This document shows positions 1-8,780 of a stretch of 32,000 nt of DNA, piece after piece. Both the position numbers and the translations under genes were made by a program. Within the stretch, counting starts at the first letter, position 1; every line of letters starts with the position of its first letter. The notes under the pieces were generated by a model. It was not told where the DNA came from and ran no database searches. It saw only the letters and a program-made list of their open reading frames with translations. The stretch is from Nitrospinaceae bacterium (GTDB taxonomy: Bacteria; Nitrospinota; Nitrospinia; Nitrospinales; Nitrospinaceae), in contig OZ250172.1 in NCBI GenBank assembly GCA_965237905.1, positions 430,627 through 462,626 on the forward strand, written 5' to 3'.

Positions 1-1
1 C

Positions 2-712
2 CTGCGCGAGTACGAGCGCGGCGTCATTTTTCTTTTGGGAAAATATTATAGAGTTAAAGGACCGGGCCTCATCATCGTCATCCCCGGCGTCCAGAAAATG
101 GTTAAAGTCAGCCTGCGCACCGTGGTAATGGACGTCCCCCCTCAGGATATTATCACCAAGGACAACGTCACCGTCAAAGTCAACGCAGTGGTCTATTTCC
201 GGGTGCTCGACCCCCAAAAAGCCATCATTGAAGTGGAAGATTTCCTGTACGCCACCTCCCAAATCTGCCAGACCACCTTGCGCAGTATTCTGGGCCAAAG
301 CCAACTCGACGACTTATTATCGAACCGCGAAGAAATCAACAACCACCTGCAGAAAGTGATCGACGACCAGACGGAACCCTGGGGCATCAAGGTCGCCAAC
401 GTGGAAGTCAAAAACGTCGACCTGCCGCAGGAAATGCAGAGAGCGCTGGCCAAGCAGGCGGAGGCGGAACGCGAACGGCGTGCCAAGGTCATTCATTCCC
501 TCGGCGAATTCGAAGCGGCGGCAAAAATCGGCGAAGCGGCGGACATCATCAACATGCATCCGCCGGCCCTGCAGTTGAGGTTTCTCCAGACCATGCTGGA
601 CATTTCGACAGATAAAGCCACCACAACCTTTTTCCCGCTTCCCATTGAACTTTTTGGGCCTTTTTTGAAAGGAAACGATTCTAAAGGCAACAACAATCCC
701 GGTACGGCTTGA
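2..712 (+). CDS. SPFH/band-7 (stomatin/prohibitin-like) protein, 5' end outside window
   Basis: The frame is open from nt 2 ([23 protein letters not shown]...), so the TTG at 35 in the track is internal. [31 protein letters not shown] and the [18 protein letters not shown] helix are SPFH family hallmarks. Confidence 0.9.
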   Translation: MREYERGVIFLLGKYYRVKGPGLIIVIPGVQKMVKVSLRTVVMDVPPQDIITKDNVTVKVNAVVYFRVLDPQKAIIEVEDFLYATSQICQTTLRSILGQSQLDDLLSNREEINNHLQKVIDDQTEPWGIKVANVEVKNVDLPQEMQRALAKQAEAERERRAKVIHSLGEFEAAAKIGEAADIINMHPPALQLRFLQTMLDISTDKATTTFFPLPIELFGPFLKGNDSKGNNNPGTA

Positions 713-890
713 GGGCCACTACCGGTCGCGCCACCCCTAAAACCTTGAATACAGGCTCTTAAAGTTTCCCCGATCTTTCGTCCGGTCAAAAGTTTCCACT
801 CCCGCCCCTGCGTTTTATCCTCCCTTTTATGGGGAAAAGCATCTTGGGATGTAATAAAATATCCTTAAGTAACCCAAGAGTTTCGGGCCT

Positions 891-3800
891 ATGGATTCTT
901 CAACGACAATCAAAAACTTTCTGGACCGCGTCCACAGAAAACGGAAGGGCATCCGCCTGGTTCAGGGGGTATTGCAGTTTCTCACGCTGGCACTCACCGG
1001 CGCGCTGATCGGCAACCTGATCGCCTATTTCTCCGACAACCCCCGCCTTCTTCTGGTTCCCTTCCTTATAGTATGGGTCACCCTTCTGGGGATCGGGCTG
1101 GCCCTTCTGCTGATCAGAGGACTCTTCTTTAAAACTCCCCTCCATCAAACCGCCCTATGGGTTGAGAACAAAGTTGAGGGTCTCAACAACTCCCTGGTCA
1201 GTTCGGTGCAGTTGGAACCTCATCTGAGCGAGTCGTCCCCAGCCAAAACCGGCCTGTCGCAGGACATGATCCGGGAGTTGATCCAAAGAACCAGCCAGCG
1301 CATCCAAACTCTCAAGATCAACGAGATTGTCTCCCGGACCCCACTGTTCCAAAGCGGACGATGGGCCGCAGGTATTTTTCTGATCGCATTAACGGTGGCC
1401 CTGCTCCTGCCGGATTTTATGACGCGGGGTTATGACCATTGGGTTCACCCACCGGCGCTGGCCAATGCGGTGCAAAATTCCGATGCATCGGATCAGACAT
1501 CGGCCACTCCGGGAAACGAAATTCAATATTCCATCGACCAACTGAATCTGACGTTTAATTACCCGGCTTATACCCGAAAGGAACCCGCTACCTATGATCC
1601 GTCGGATGGCGCAATCGAGGTGCTTCCCGGGACCGAAGTTCTCCTGAAGGGAAACGTGAGCGTTCCCGTCGAAAGCGCCTCGCTGGTACTCAACGGCAAG
1701 GACAATCTTTCCATGACCGTTCAAAATAAAACCGCCCTGGAGGGGCGATTCATCGTTAAAGAGTCGGGCTTTTATCAGTTTCGCCTCAAATCTCCGCATG
1801 GAGAGAAAACTCTGCTCGCTGAGAAATACCCGATAACACTTACGAAGGATAAATCTCCGAGAATTATTATTAAACTGCACAAGCCCAAACCCGTCTACTA
1901 CCTGGCCAACAAGATCCAGTTGTTCTACGAAGGAGAAGATGATTTTGGCATCCATAAAATCGACCTGGTTATTGATGTCGAAGGCCGTATTCAACGGAGA
2001 ACCGTCAAAAAAATCAAGGGAACCCAAAAAAATGTGAAAGACGGGTATACATGGGAACTCAGCACGATAGATTTCAAGCCCGGTGACCGCGTGCATTACT
2101 ATCTCGAAATCGAGGATAACGACAATGTCTTCGGTCCCAACACCGGCCAATCCGAGGTGTTCTCGTTTGATATATTCGACGAGCAAAAACAGCGGCAGGA
2201 CCTTTTGGCATTGCAGGAACAGTTGATCGAGAAAATGGTCGCCCTGCTGGCGGTAAGCCTGGTGACTGATATCACCGACCTGAAAAATTCGCGGAAAGGC
2301 ATGGCAAAACTCAAACAGGTTCTGGCTTCCAGCTCCAATCAGTTGATCGATATTATCGGTCTCGCCCAATCCATCGAAAGCCAGGCTAAGGATATCGAAT
2401 CGTTTCCTCAGCCTTATTTGATCCTGTTGGACAATATCATTTCCGGATTCAACGAAATCCGCCAGGACCAGATTGAAGCCATGAACCGTCTCACTAATGC
2501 CATGATCAAGGCAACTCCCATCGGCCTCAACTTTCCGCCGCTGGAATCCATCCATGAGCGCCTCATCACCCACTTGGAGCGGGACATACTTTTCCTCATC
2601 AAAATCCTCAACCGGGAGCGGATGGAACAGGCGTTGGATCTCAATCAAACTCTGACCGAGCTGACGGAATCCTTGAGGGAGGAGTTCCAAAAAGCCAAGG
2701 ACAAAAAAGGTAAAGCCAGCACTCCCCAGTTCAAGAAAGCCCTGGCGAAAATCAAGGAAACACTTCAGCAAATCATGGAGCAACTGGCGCGACAGAATCA
2801 GGGCTTGTCCGATGAGTTTCTCAATCCCAACTCTTTTGAAAACCTCAATATGGATTCCTTCTCCGCCTCGCTGGAAAAATTGATGGATCTGGTCAACCAG
2901 GGAAAGATTGACGAAGCCATGGAGGAACTTGAAAAATTATCGGACGACCTCCGGGCGTTTTCCGAGCAATTGGATGATATGAATACCAGCCAGGAAGACC
3001 TGGTGGATATGCAAATCATGAAAAAACTGGACGGGGCACTGGAAAAAATCAGCAAGCTGGAAGAGGACCAGCAGAACCTTCTCGGCCAAACCTCGCAATT
3101 GAACAAAACTCTGCGCTCCAAACAATCGGAAAAGTTTGAAAAGCGGCTGGAGAAATTCTTCGCGGACCTGCGCAAGGACGTGCAAACTATTCTCACCATT
3201 CTGCATAAAGACGAACGTATTCTGGACAACCACCCGGACATGAAAAAGCTCATCGAACTGATGGACCGGCAGGCAAAAATCAGCGAGCGAATCCAAAACC
3301 TGAATCAGAACGCTATCGACTCAGTCGGTAAATCAAAACTCCGGAGCAACTTCACGAAGCTCAACAAGGCCCGCAAACAATTGTCCGCCAATATGGAACA
3401 ACAACAGGCACTTCAGATGAAACTGTTTCACGTCTACAAAAATTATCTGCCGGAACTTTTGGAAAAATACAACAAACTGGAAGAATTCACCGAACTGATG
3501 GACCTGTTCGAATTCAGCGCACTGTTCAAGAACACCTACCCTGAAATCACCCGGTGGCAAAATCATTTCCGTACTTCTCGAAAACTGAATCCTGAGCTCC
3601 TGGATCAAATGAAGGTCGACCTGTTCACCATCGATCAAATCAACAGCGAAATTTCCAAGAAACTGGGAACCATGATGCGCGACATCAAACAGGATTACCA
3701 AAATCTTATCTCCGAGAAAAACAAGCAAGACATGCAGGCAATGTCCGGGGATCAAAAAAGCTTGCGGAAACAATCGGAAGAACTATCCCAGATGTTCCGC

Positions 3801-4232
3801 GAGATGAATCAGGACAACCCCATGATCAGCCCCATGCTGTCGCATAAAATGAATTCGAGCGGGCGGCATATGAAAGCGGCTGAAAACGGACTGCAAAAGA
3901 GCCAGATCCCGGAAAGTATCGAATCGGAAAACAAGGCTCTGCGTCAGCTTTCGGAAACCCGGGAAATGCTGGACCAGTTGAAAGAAGCCAGCCAGCGGCC
4001 CAGCCGGTCGCGGAGCCAACGGATGTTGCGTCTCGGCCAGGGGCAAGCCCCGGACGGCAAGCGCGGCGGCCGGTCCACGCGCATGCAACAGGAGAAAGTC
4101 AATCTGCCCACGGAAGATCAATACAAAGTGCCCGGTCAGTTTCGGGAGGATATTTTAGAGGCTATGAAAAATCAATATCCCAAACAATACGAACGCCTGG
4201 TGGGCGAATATTACAAGGAGCTGGTGAAATGA
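891..4232 (+). CDS. Large membrane-anchored coiled-coil protein, DUF4175-like (family assignment from memory)
   Basis: 1113-aa ORF. N-terminal hydrophobic helices (LQFLTLALTGALIGNLIAYF, LLLVPFLIVWVTLLGIGLALLLI, WAAGIFLIALTVALLL). A beta-rich segment follows (GDRVHYYLEIEDNDNVFGPNTGQSEVFSF). Then several hundred residues of E/K/Q/L-rich heptad-like sequence, a basic tract (SRSRSQRMLRLGQG..GKRGGRSTR) and the C-terminal box VPGQFREDILEAMKNQYPKQYERLVGEYYKELVK. Confidence 0.65.
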   Translation: MDSSTTIKNFLDRVHRKRKGIRLVQGVLQFLTLALTGALIGNLIAYFSDNPRLLLVPFLIVWVTLLGIGLALLLIRGLFFKTPLHQTALWVENKVEGLNNSLVSSVQLEPHLSESSPAKTGLSQDMIRELIQRTSQRIQTLKINEIVSRTPLFQSGRWAAGIFLIALTVALLLPDFMTRGYDHWVHPPALANAVQNSDASDQTSATPGNEIQYSIDQLNLTFNYPAYTRKEPATYDPSDGAIEVLPGTEVLLKGNVSVPVESASLVLNGKDNLSMTVQNKTALEGRFIVKESGFYQFRLKSPHGEKTLLAEKYPITLTKDKSPRIIIKLHKPKPVYYLANKIQLFYEGEDDFGIHKIDLVIDVEGRIQRRTVKKIKGTQKNVKDGYTWELSTIDFKPGDRVHYYLEIEDNDNVFGPNTGQSEVFSFDIFDEQKQRQDLLALQEQLIEKMVALLAVSLVTDITDLKNSRKGMAKLKQVLASSSNQLIDIIGLAQSIESQAKDIESFPQPYLILLDNIISGFNEIRQDQIEAMNRLTNAMIKATPIGLNFPPLESIHERLITHLERDILFLIKILNRERMEQALDLNQTLTELTESLREEFQKAKDKKGKASTPQFKKALAKIKETLQQIMEQLARQNQGLSDEFLNPNSFENLNMDSFSASLEKLMDLVNQGKIDEAMEELEKLSDDLRAFSEQLDDMNTSQEDLVDMQIMKKLDGALEKISKLEEDQQNLLGQTSQLNKTLRSKQSEKFEKRLEKFFADLRKDVQTILTILHKDERILDNHPDMKKLIELMDRQAKISERIQNLNQNAIDSVGKSKLRSNFTKLNKARKQLSANMEQQQALQMKLFHVYKNYLPELLEKYNKLEEFTELMDLFEFSALFKNTYPEITRWQNHFRTSRKLNPELLDQMKVDLFTIDQINSEISKKLGTMMRDIKQDYQNLISEKNKQDMQAMSGDQKSLRKQSEELSQMFREMNQDNPMISPMLSHKMNSSGRHMKAAENGLQKSQIPESIESENKALRQLSETREMLDQLKEASQRPSRSRSQRMLRLGQGQAPDGKRGGRSTRMQQEKVNLPTEDQYKVPGQFREDILEAMKNQYPKQYERLVGEYYKELVK

Positions 4233-5806
4233 ACCGCTTGTTGAAACAGATGACACTGATTTGCGGAACCCTGGCCTTGCTGTCCGCTTTCCACGGTTTT
4301 GCCCGGGCCGATCTCCAAGCCGAAGTCACCGAAGGTTATCTGCTGATCGATCAATGGCGGTTCGAGGAGGCCGAAGCGCAAACGCAGAAACTGCTTCAAC
4401 AATATCCAAACTCGGGGGACGTCCACTTTCTCAACGCCCGGGTCGAGTTCTACAAAGGGAATTACGAAAAAGCGTGGAAGATTCTGGAAACCGTCGACGA
4501 CCAATACCACACCGTCAAGGAATTCAAAACTCTGGTCAGCAACACTCGCGAAGCCACCTCCGTATTCGTCACGCAGGAATCGGAACATTTCATTTTCCGC
4601 TATGTCGACGGACCCGACCAGGTGCTCATTCCCTACGCGATAGAAGTGCTGGGAAAATCCTATCAGGTACTGGGCAAGGTTCTGGGATACTTCCCGAAGC
4701 AAAAGGTGCAAGTCGAAATTTATCCCGACCGCATCCCCTTTTCCCGCATCTCACCGCTCACACTGAAAGATATCATGACCTCCGGGACGGTGGCCCTCTG
4801 CAAGTACAACCGCATCATGATGATCTCCCCCGGCTCTCTGGTGCGCGGTTACAGCTGGATGGATACACTGAGCCATGAGTACACTCATTACCTGCTCAGC
4901 AGTAAAAGTTATAACAATGCACCGCTGTGGCTTCACGAAGGCATTGCCAAATATCTGGAAACCCGCTGGCGTAAAGATCCCGATTACATGACTCCCATCA
5001 TGGAAACCATTCTGGCCGACGGACTGGCCAACGATTACATGGTCGCACTGGAAGACATGATGCCGTCTCTCGCCAAACTCAAGAATGCGGAGGACGTCCA
5101 ACTGGCTTATGCCGAAGTCGCCACCATGGTCGGCTACATGGTGCAGCAAAACGGCGAAACCGTTCTGGCTCAACTGGCGGCCAGCCTGGCGGAAGGCATG
5201 CCGTTTGAACTGGCTTTGGAAACCACCATCGGCAAAAGCCTGAACGAATTCCAGATCGATTGGAAAAAGCACATGGATGGCCGTCAATTGAAAACCATTC
5301 CCGGCTTGACCGTGCTGAAATTTCGTTTCAAAAACAACCGTTCGCCAAATGAAAACGACTCGGCCAAAGAAACGGCCTTGCAGGAAGCGGGTAACCAACG
5401 GGCGCATGATCTCACCCAGCTCGGCGACATCCTGAAATCCCGTCAGTATATCCAGGCCGCCATCGTCGAATACCGGAAAGCCATCGACGCATCGAAAATG
5501 CTATCCCCGATTCTGAACAACAAACTGGCCGGCACCTATCTCCTGCAAAAAGACTACGACAAGTCGGAAGCCCTGCTTCGGGAAAGTTTGAATTACTATC
5601 CACAGTTCGCCACCACCCTGACCCACCTCGGGGAATTGTTTTATATGAAAAAAGATTACGCCGCCGCCGAGGAATTTTTTCAGAAAGCGGTGCGCATCAA
5701 CCCGTTCAATCCTCTGGTGCATTCCCGCCTCATCAATATCTACGCGGCACAGGGACAAACCAAAAAGAAGGAACAGCAGGGATTATTGTATAGCTACATC
5801 AAATAG
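4229..5806 (+). CDS. Secreted HExxH (peptidase-MA-like) protein with C-terminal TPR repeats
   Basis: ATGA overlap with the upstream gene (4229-4232). Signal-peptide-like N-terminus (MTLICGTLALLSAFHGFARA). HExxH motif in LSHEYTHYLL. TPR-like repeats at both ends (NSGDVHFLNARVEFYKGNYEKA; AGTYLLQKDYDKSEALLRESLNYYPQFATTLTHLGELFYMKKDYAAAEEFFQKAVRINP). Confidence 0.7.
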   Translation: MNRLLKQMTLICGTLALLSAFHGFARADLQAEVTEGYLLIDQWRFEEAEAQTQKLLQQYPNSGDVHFLNARVEFYKGNYEKAWKILETVDDQYHTVKEFKTLVSNTREATSVFVTQESEHFIFRYVDGPDQVLIPYAIEVLGKSYQVLGKVLGYFPKQKVQVEIYPDRIPFSRISPLTLKDIMTSGTVALCKYNRIMMISPGSLVRGYSWMDTLSHEYTHYLLSSKSYNNAPLWLHEGIAKYLETRWRKDPDYMTPIMETILADGLANDYMVALEDMMPSLAKLKNAEDVQLAYAEVATMVGYMVQQNGETVLAQLAASLAEGMPFELALETTIGKSLNEFQIDWKKHMDGRQLKTIPGLTVLKFRFKNNRSPNENDSAKETALQEAGNQRAHDLTQLGDILKSRQYIQAAIVEYRKAIDASKMLSPILNNKLAGTYLLQKDYDKSEALLRESLNYYPQFATTLTHLGELFYMKKDYAAAEEFFQKAVRINPFNPLVHSRLINIYAAQGQTKKKEQQGLLYSYIK

Positions 5807-5867
5807 ATTAAACTGGACCAATACAGCCTACGACTGACTTAAAACATAAAGAATGACTGCCTGAATA

Positions 5868-6293
5868 ATGAAAATCCCTAAAATTAAAGACGTTAAAACA
5901 TTCGTGCCCTGCAGTCGCAATGGCCAGGAAGAATCAATATCCTTTTACAAAGATATTGGCTTTACGTTGCTGTGGGGTGGCAACGAAAACGCCGTGTGCG
6001 AATTCGATACAGGGTTTGGTCACAGATTTTTGCTTTTGGAAAAATACAATAAAGATTTGGCAGAAAACCTGATGATTCAGATATGGGTAGAAAGCGTTGA
6101 TGACTGGGAAGTTCACCTCAAAAATATTGACCTGGAGAAGAAATACCCGACCGCAAAAGTAGCAGAGCCTTCGGTGCAACCCTGGGGTTGGCGAATCCTG
6201 TATATTTGGGATCCCGCAGGAGTGTTACTGCATATAGCCGAACCGCATTCCGAGGAAAATAAAGAGTACTTCAATAATGTAAATTGGTTGTAG
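5868..6293 (+). CDS. VOC/glyoxalase-bleomycin-resistance-like small protein
   Basis: 141-aa ORF. ESISFYKDIGFTLLW...FLLLEKY...IQIWVESVDDW...VQPWGWRILYIWDPAGVLLHIAEP resembles the paired beta-alpha-beta-beta-beta VOC fold. AT-richer than its neighbours (24/60 G+C at 5881-5940 by hand count). Confidence 0.5.
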   Translation: MKIPKIKDVKTFVPCSRNGQEESISFYKDIGFTLLWGGNENAVCEFDTGFGHRFLLLEKYNKDLAENLMIQIWVESVDDWEVHLKNIDLEKKYPTAKVAEPSVQPWGWRILYIWDPAGVLLHIAEPHSEENKEYFNNVNWL

Positions 6294-6374
6294 AATACAG
6301 GGACGCATAACAAGTCATTACAGATGACCGCTACCCGTTGGTGTTTTTAGAAATCGAATATAAAAGGATTTTTT

Positions 6375-7379
6375 ATGCCGACAGAAACAACCGCACAGGA
6401 CCTGGAACTGGCAAAGGAACTGCTGGAAGCCAGGGAGAAAGTCACCCGCGAAATCCACAAGGTGATCATCGGGCAGGATGCAGTGATCGAGGATTTACTG
6501 GTCGCTCTGTTCTCGCGCGGGCACTGCCTGTTCGTCGGCGTTCCCGGTCTTGCGAAAACATTACTGGTCAGCTCCCTCGCGAAAATCCTCAACCTCAAGT
6601 TCAGCCGGATTCAATTCACACCCGACCTGATGCCGTCGGACATCACCGGCACGGAAATTCTCTACGAAGACCAGGCGACCAAGCACCGCGAGTTCCGGTT
6701 TATCAAGGGCCCGATTTTTTCGAACATCATCCTGGCGGACGAAATCAACCGCACCCCGCCCAAGACGCAGGCGGCCCTGCTCCAGGCTATGCAGGAGTTG
6801 CAGGTCACCGCCGGTCCCGAAACCTACACGCTGGACCAGCCGTTTCTCGTATTCGCCACGCAGAACCCGATTGAACACGAGGGCACCTACCCGCTTCCCG
6901 AAGCGCAGTTGGACCGGTTCATGTTCATCGTCAATGTGGATTACCCAACCAAGGAACAGGAAGTGGAGATCGCCTTGTCCACCACCTCCGGCCACAAGCC
7001 GAAACTGGAAGTGGTGATCAATGCCGACCGTATTCTGGAACTGCAGAACCTGGTGCCGCGCGTGCCCGTGTCCGAACACGTCGCGCATTACGCCGTCGAC
7101 CTGGTGCAGAGCAGTCGTCCCGGCAACGGCGCCACGCCCAACTTCGTCAACGAATGGGTGAACTGGGGCGCAGGTCCCAGAGCCTCACAGTATCTGGTGC
7201 TGGCCGCCAAGGCGCGGGCGCTGATGGACAACCGCGTCACCGCCACCGTCGAAGACATCCGCAGCGTCGCCCGGCAGGTGCTGGAACACCGCATCCTCCT
7301 CAACTTCAAAGCCGAAGCCGAAAACATCAAACCCACCGACATCATCGACAAATTACTTGCGTCTGTGAAAGCTGGGTAA
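6375..7379 (+). CDS. moxR: MoxR-family AAA+ ATPase
   Basis: AAAGGA Shine-Dalgarno 7 nt upstream of the ATG. IIGQDAVIEDLLVALFSRGHCLFVGVPGLAKTLL (Walker A region), ILADEINRTPPKTQAALLQAMQE (Walker B/sensor region) and a C-terminal GAGPRASQYLVLAAKARA lid; 334 aa, typical of MoxR. Confidence 0.93.
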   Translation: MPTETTAQDLELAKELLEAREKVTREIHKVIIGQDAVIEDLLVALFSRGHCLFVGVPGLAKTLLVSSLAKILNLKFSRIQFTPDLMPSDITGTEILYEDQATKHREFRFIKGPIFSNIILADEINRTPPKTQAALLQAMQELQVTAGPETYTLDQPFLVFATQNPIEHEGTYPLPEAQLDRFMFIVNVDYPTKEQEVEIALSTTSGHKPKLEVVINADRILELQNLVPRVPVSEHVAHYAVDLVQSSRPGNGATPNFVNEWVNWGAGPRASQYLVLAAKARALMDNRVTATVEDIRSVARQVLEHRILLNFKAEAENIKPTDIIDKLLASVKAG

Positions 7380-7466
7380 AGCCGTTATTCCTCATTACCG
7401 GGAGGAGGCAAAACCATTAAGCCCTCAACCAAACTACGACTCATCTATCTTGCGGCCGGGTTCGCT

Positions 7467-8054
7467 GTGGCGGGTATTTGCTTTTTGGCAAATATCAATT
7501 CATCGGAAATTCTCGGATGGCTAAAGGGTGAGCGCGTCACATATCCGAAGAACCCTCTATTATCCTCAATTTATGTACGGACCTTCGCCTGGGCGCCTTG
7601 GGTGATTTTATTTGTTGTGCTGATAGCACGAATTAAAAAAGGTTCTCAAGTCAAAGTTGGTTTTTATTTTTTAGGTACGGTGTTACCCAACTTTTTATTG
7701 GTTGGATTCATTTTGTTGGGCTCTCCAATTGAAAATTACATGAACCAGGAAAAATTTGATGAAAACCTTTGGCGAATGAGTGAAAAGGATTTCAAAGATT
7801 TCATGTGGCCCCCTAAACTCAAAATGGTTGACAGTTTGATTGAAAGCAAAATATTGGAGGGTTTAAGCAGGGAGGAAGTGATTCAACTGCTTGGACCGCC
7901 GATGAGTGATCAGCACCCTAGAAATAGCGACCAAAACGAAATCTATTATTACCTCGGTCCGGAACGCGGTTTTATCAGAATCGACAGCGAATGGCTTTCC
8001 ATATCCTTTGACGAAAAGGGAAAGGTAAAAAAATACTGGCTATGGAGAGATTGA
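7467..8054 (+). CDS. Hypothetical membrane protein, BamE/SmpA-like C-terminal segment possible; start uncertain
   Basis: ORF in an AT-rich patch. Hydrophobic segments (WAPWVILFVVLIA, FYFLGTVLPNFLLVGFILLG). C-terminal EGLSREEVIQLLGPPMS...YYYLGPERGF...SISFDEKGKVKKYW. GTG 7467 is the first canonical start, but the frame is open back to 7380 with a strong SD and an ATT at 7416 (see findings). Confidence 0.55.
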   Translation: MAGICFLANINSSEILGWLKGERVTYPKNPLLSSIYVRTFAWAPWVILFVVLIARIKKGSQVKVGFYFLGTVLPNFLLVGFILLGSPIENYMNQEKFDENLWRMSEKDFKDFMWPPKLKMVDSLIESKILEGLSREEVIQLLGPPMSDQHPRNSDQNEIYYYLGPERGFIRIDSEWLSISFDEKGKVKKYWLWRD

Positions 8055-8093
8055 TTCCAACCTTCCAAATGGAACAATAGATATATCTTCTAT

Positions 8094-8375
8094 ATGACCA
8101 AGCTGACGATATCTATCAAGTGTTTCATCGCGGGCATTATCCCGTATATTCTTTTTTCAATCCTCGGATTCTTCGAACTGTTCAACCTTCACGGCGGTCG
8201 GGGCACGTATTTTTTATTACTCCTCGCCATTATTATTCCGCCATTCTGCTTCTTAGGAGGGCTCATTTCAGCACTCCAGCTAACAGGCAAACACAGGAGC
8301 GCAGGCCTCGCGCTTAATGGCTTGGGTTTGGGCTTTTTACTGTCGTTGTTGGTTAACGGCTGGCTGACAAATTAG
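8094..8375 (+). CDS. Small hypothetical integral membrane protein
   Basis: 93-aa ORF made almost entirely of three hydrophobic helices (CFIAGIIPYILFSILGFF, YFLLLLAIIIPPFCFLGGLISAL, LALNGLGLGFLLSLLVNGW). AT-rich. Confidence 0.5.
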   Translation: MTKLTISIKCFIAGIIPYILFSILGFFELFNLHGGRGTYFLLLLAIIIPPFCFLGGLISALQLTGKHRSAGLALNGLGLGFLLSLLVNGWLTN

Positions 8376-8396
8376 CGCCACATGCCGCTAAGAAAA

Positions 8397-8732
8397 CTAA
8401 GACACAAACCGGATACTTTGGTCGACCAGTTTTTTAAAGCGGGCGGGGTCTTCGAGGATTCGCTTGGGGATGACGGCATATTCTTTTTTGACATGGCCGT
8501 TGGGAAAATATTTTAACTTTTTAACACCCTTCTCTTGAAACAACTCCGACAGAGTTTTCTCCGGCAGACGCAGGGCCAGACCAAACCTGCCGCAGGAACA
8601 AAAAATCCTGCCCTCGACATATCCCGCGACCGCGCCGAAACAGTTTTTGAATTCCAAATGATGTGTGCTCGCCAAGCGCGGCCGTACTTGTTTTAAAGCT
8701 CTCTCAAGTTTACTTCGATAATCGTTTGCCAT
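8397..8732 (-). CDS. TfoX N-terminal-domain-like protein
   Basis: 111 aa. KNCFGAVAGYVEGRIFCSCGRFGLALRLPEKT...KYFPNGHVKKEYAVIPKRILEDPARFKKLVDQSI follows the MFGG..YV.G.MFa....L.LRL....Y..vP...ledp..l..wv pattern of TfoX_N. Confidence 0.55.
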   Translation of the reverse strand: MANDYRSKLERALKQVRPRLASTHHLEFKNCFGAVAGYVEGRIFCSCGRFGLALRLPEKTLSELFQEKGVKKLKYFPNGHVKKEYAVIPKRILEDPARFKKLVDQSIRFVS

Positions 8733-8780
8733 TATTTCTTCTTACAGGGGATGCGGACTTTTACCTCTGGCAACCTGATT

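Noticed and set aside
843-878. Inverted repeat CTTGGGAT...ATCC...CCCAAG just upstream of the 891 start
   Set aside because: Short 6-bp arms, a 24-nt AT-rich interior and no T-tract. Too weak to call an operator or a terminator.
1389-2783. 464-aa antisense ORF inside the DUF4175-like gene (with 2798-3253, 2937-3296, 3333-3773 and 3783-4121 alongside)
   Set aside because: These ORFs mirror a Glu/Lys/Gln-rich coiled-coil gene, whose complement naturally lacks stops. They have no SDs or motifs, and the sense ORF is continuous for 1113 codons.
4261-4878. Alternative-frame plus-strand ORFs: 4261-4878, 6338-6874, 11140-11682, 12651-13052, 16435-16785, 21108-21488
   Set aside because: Their Arg/Pro/Ser-rich composition is typical of out-of-frame reading of GC-rich genes. 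All overlap confidently called genes.
7377-7470. Programmed read-through of the moxR TAA into the in-frame downstream ORF
   Set aside because: Sharing a frame happens by chance one time in three. A strong SD between the two ORFs argues for independent initiation, and no read-through context is evident.
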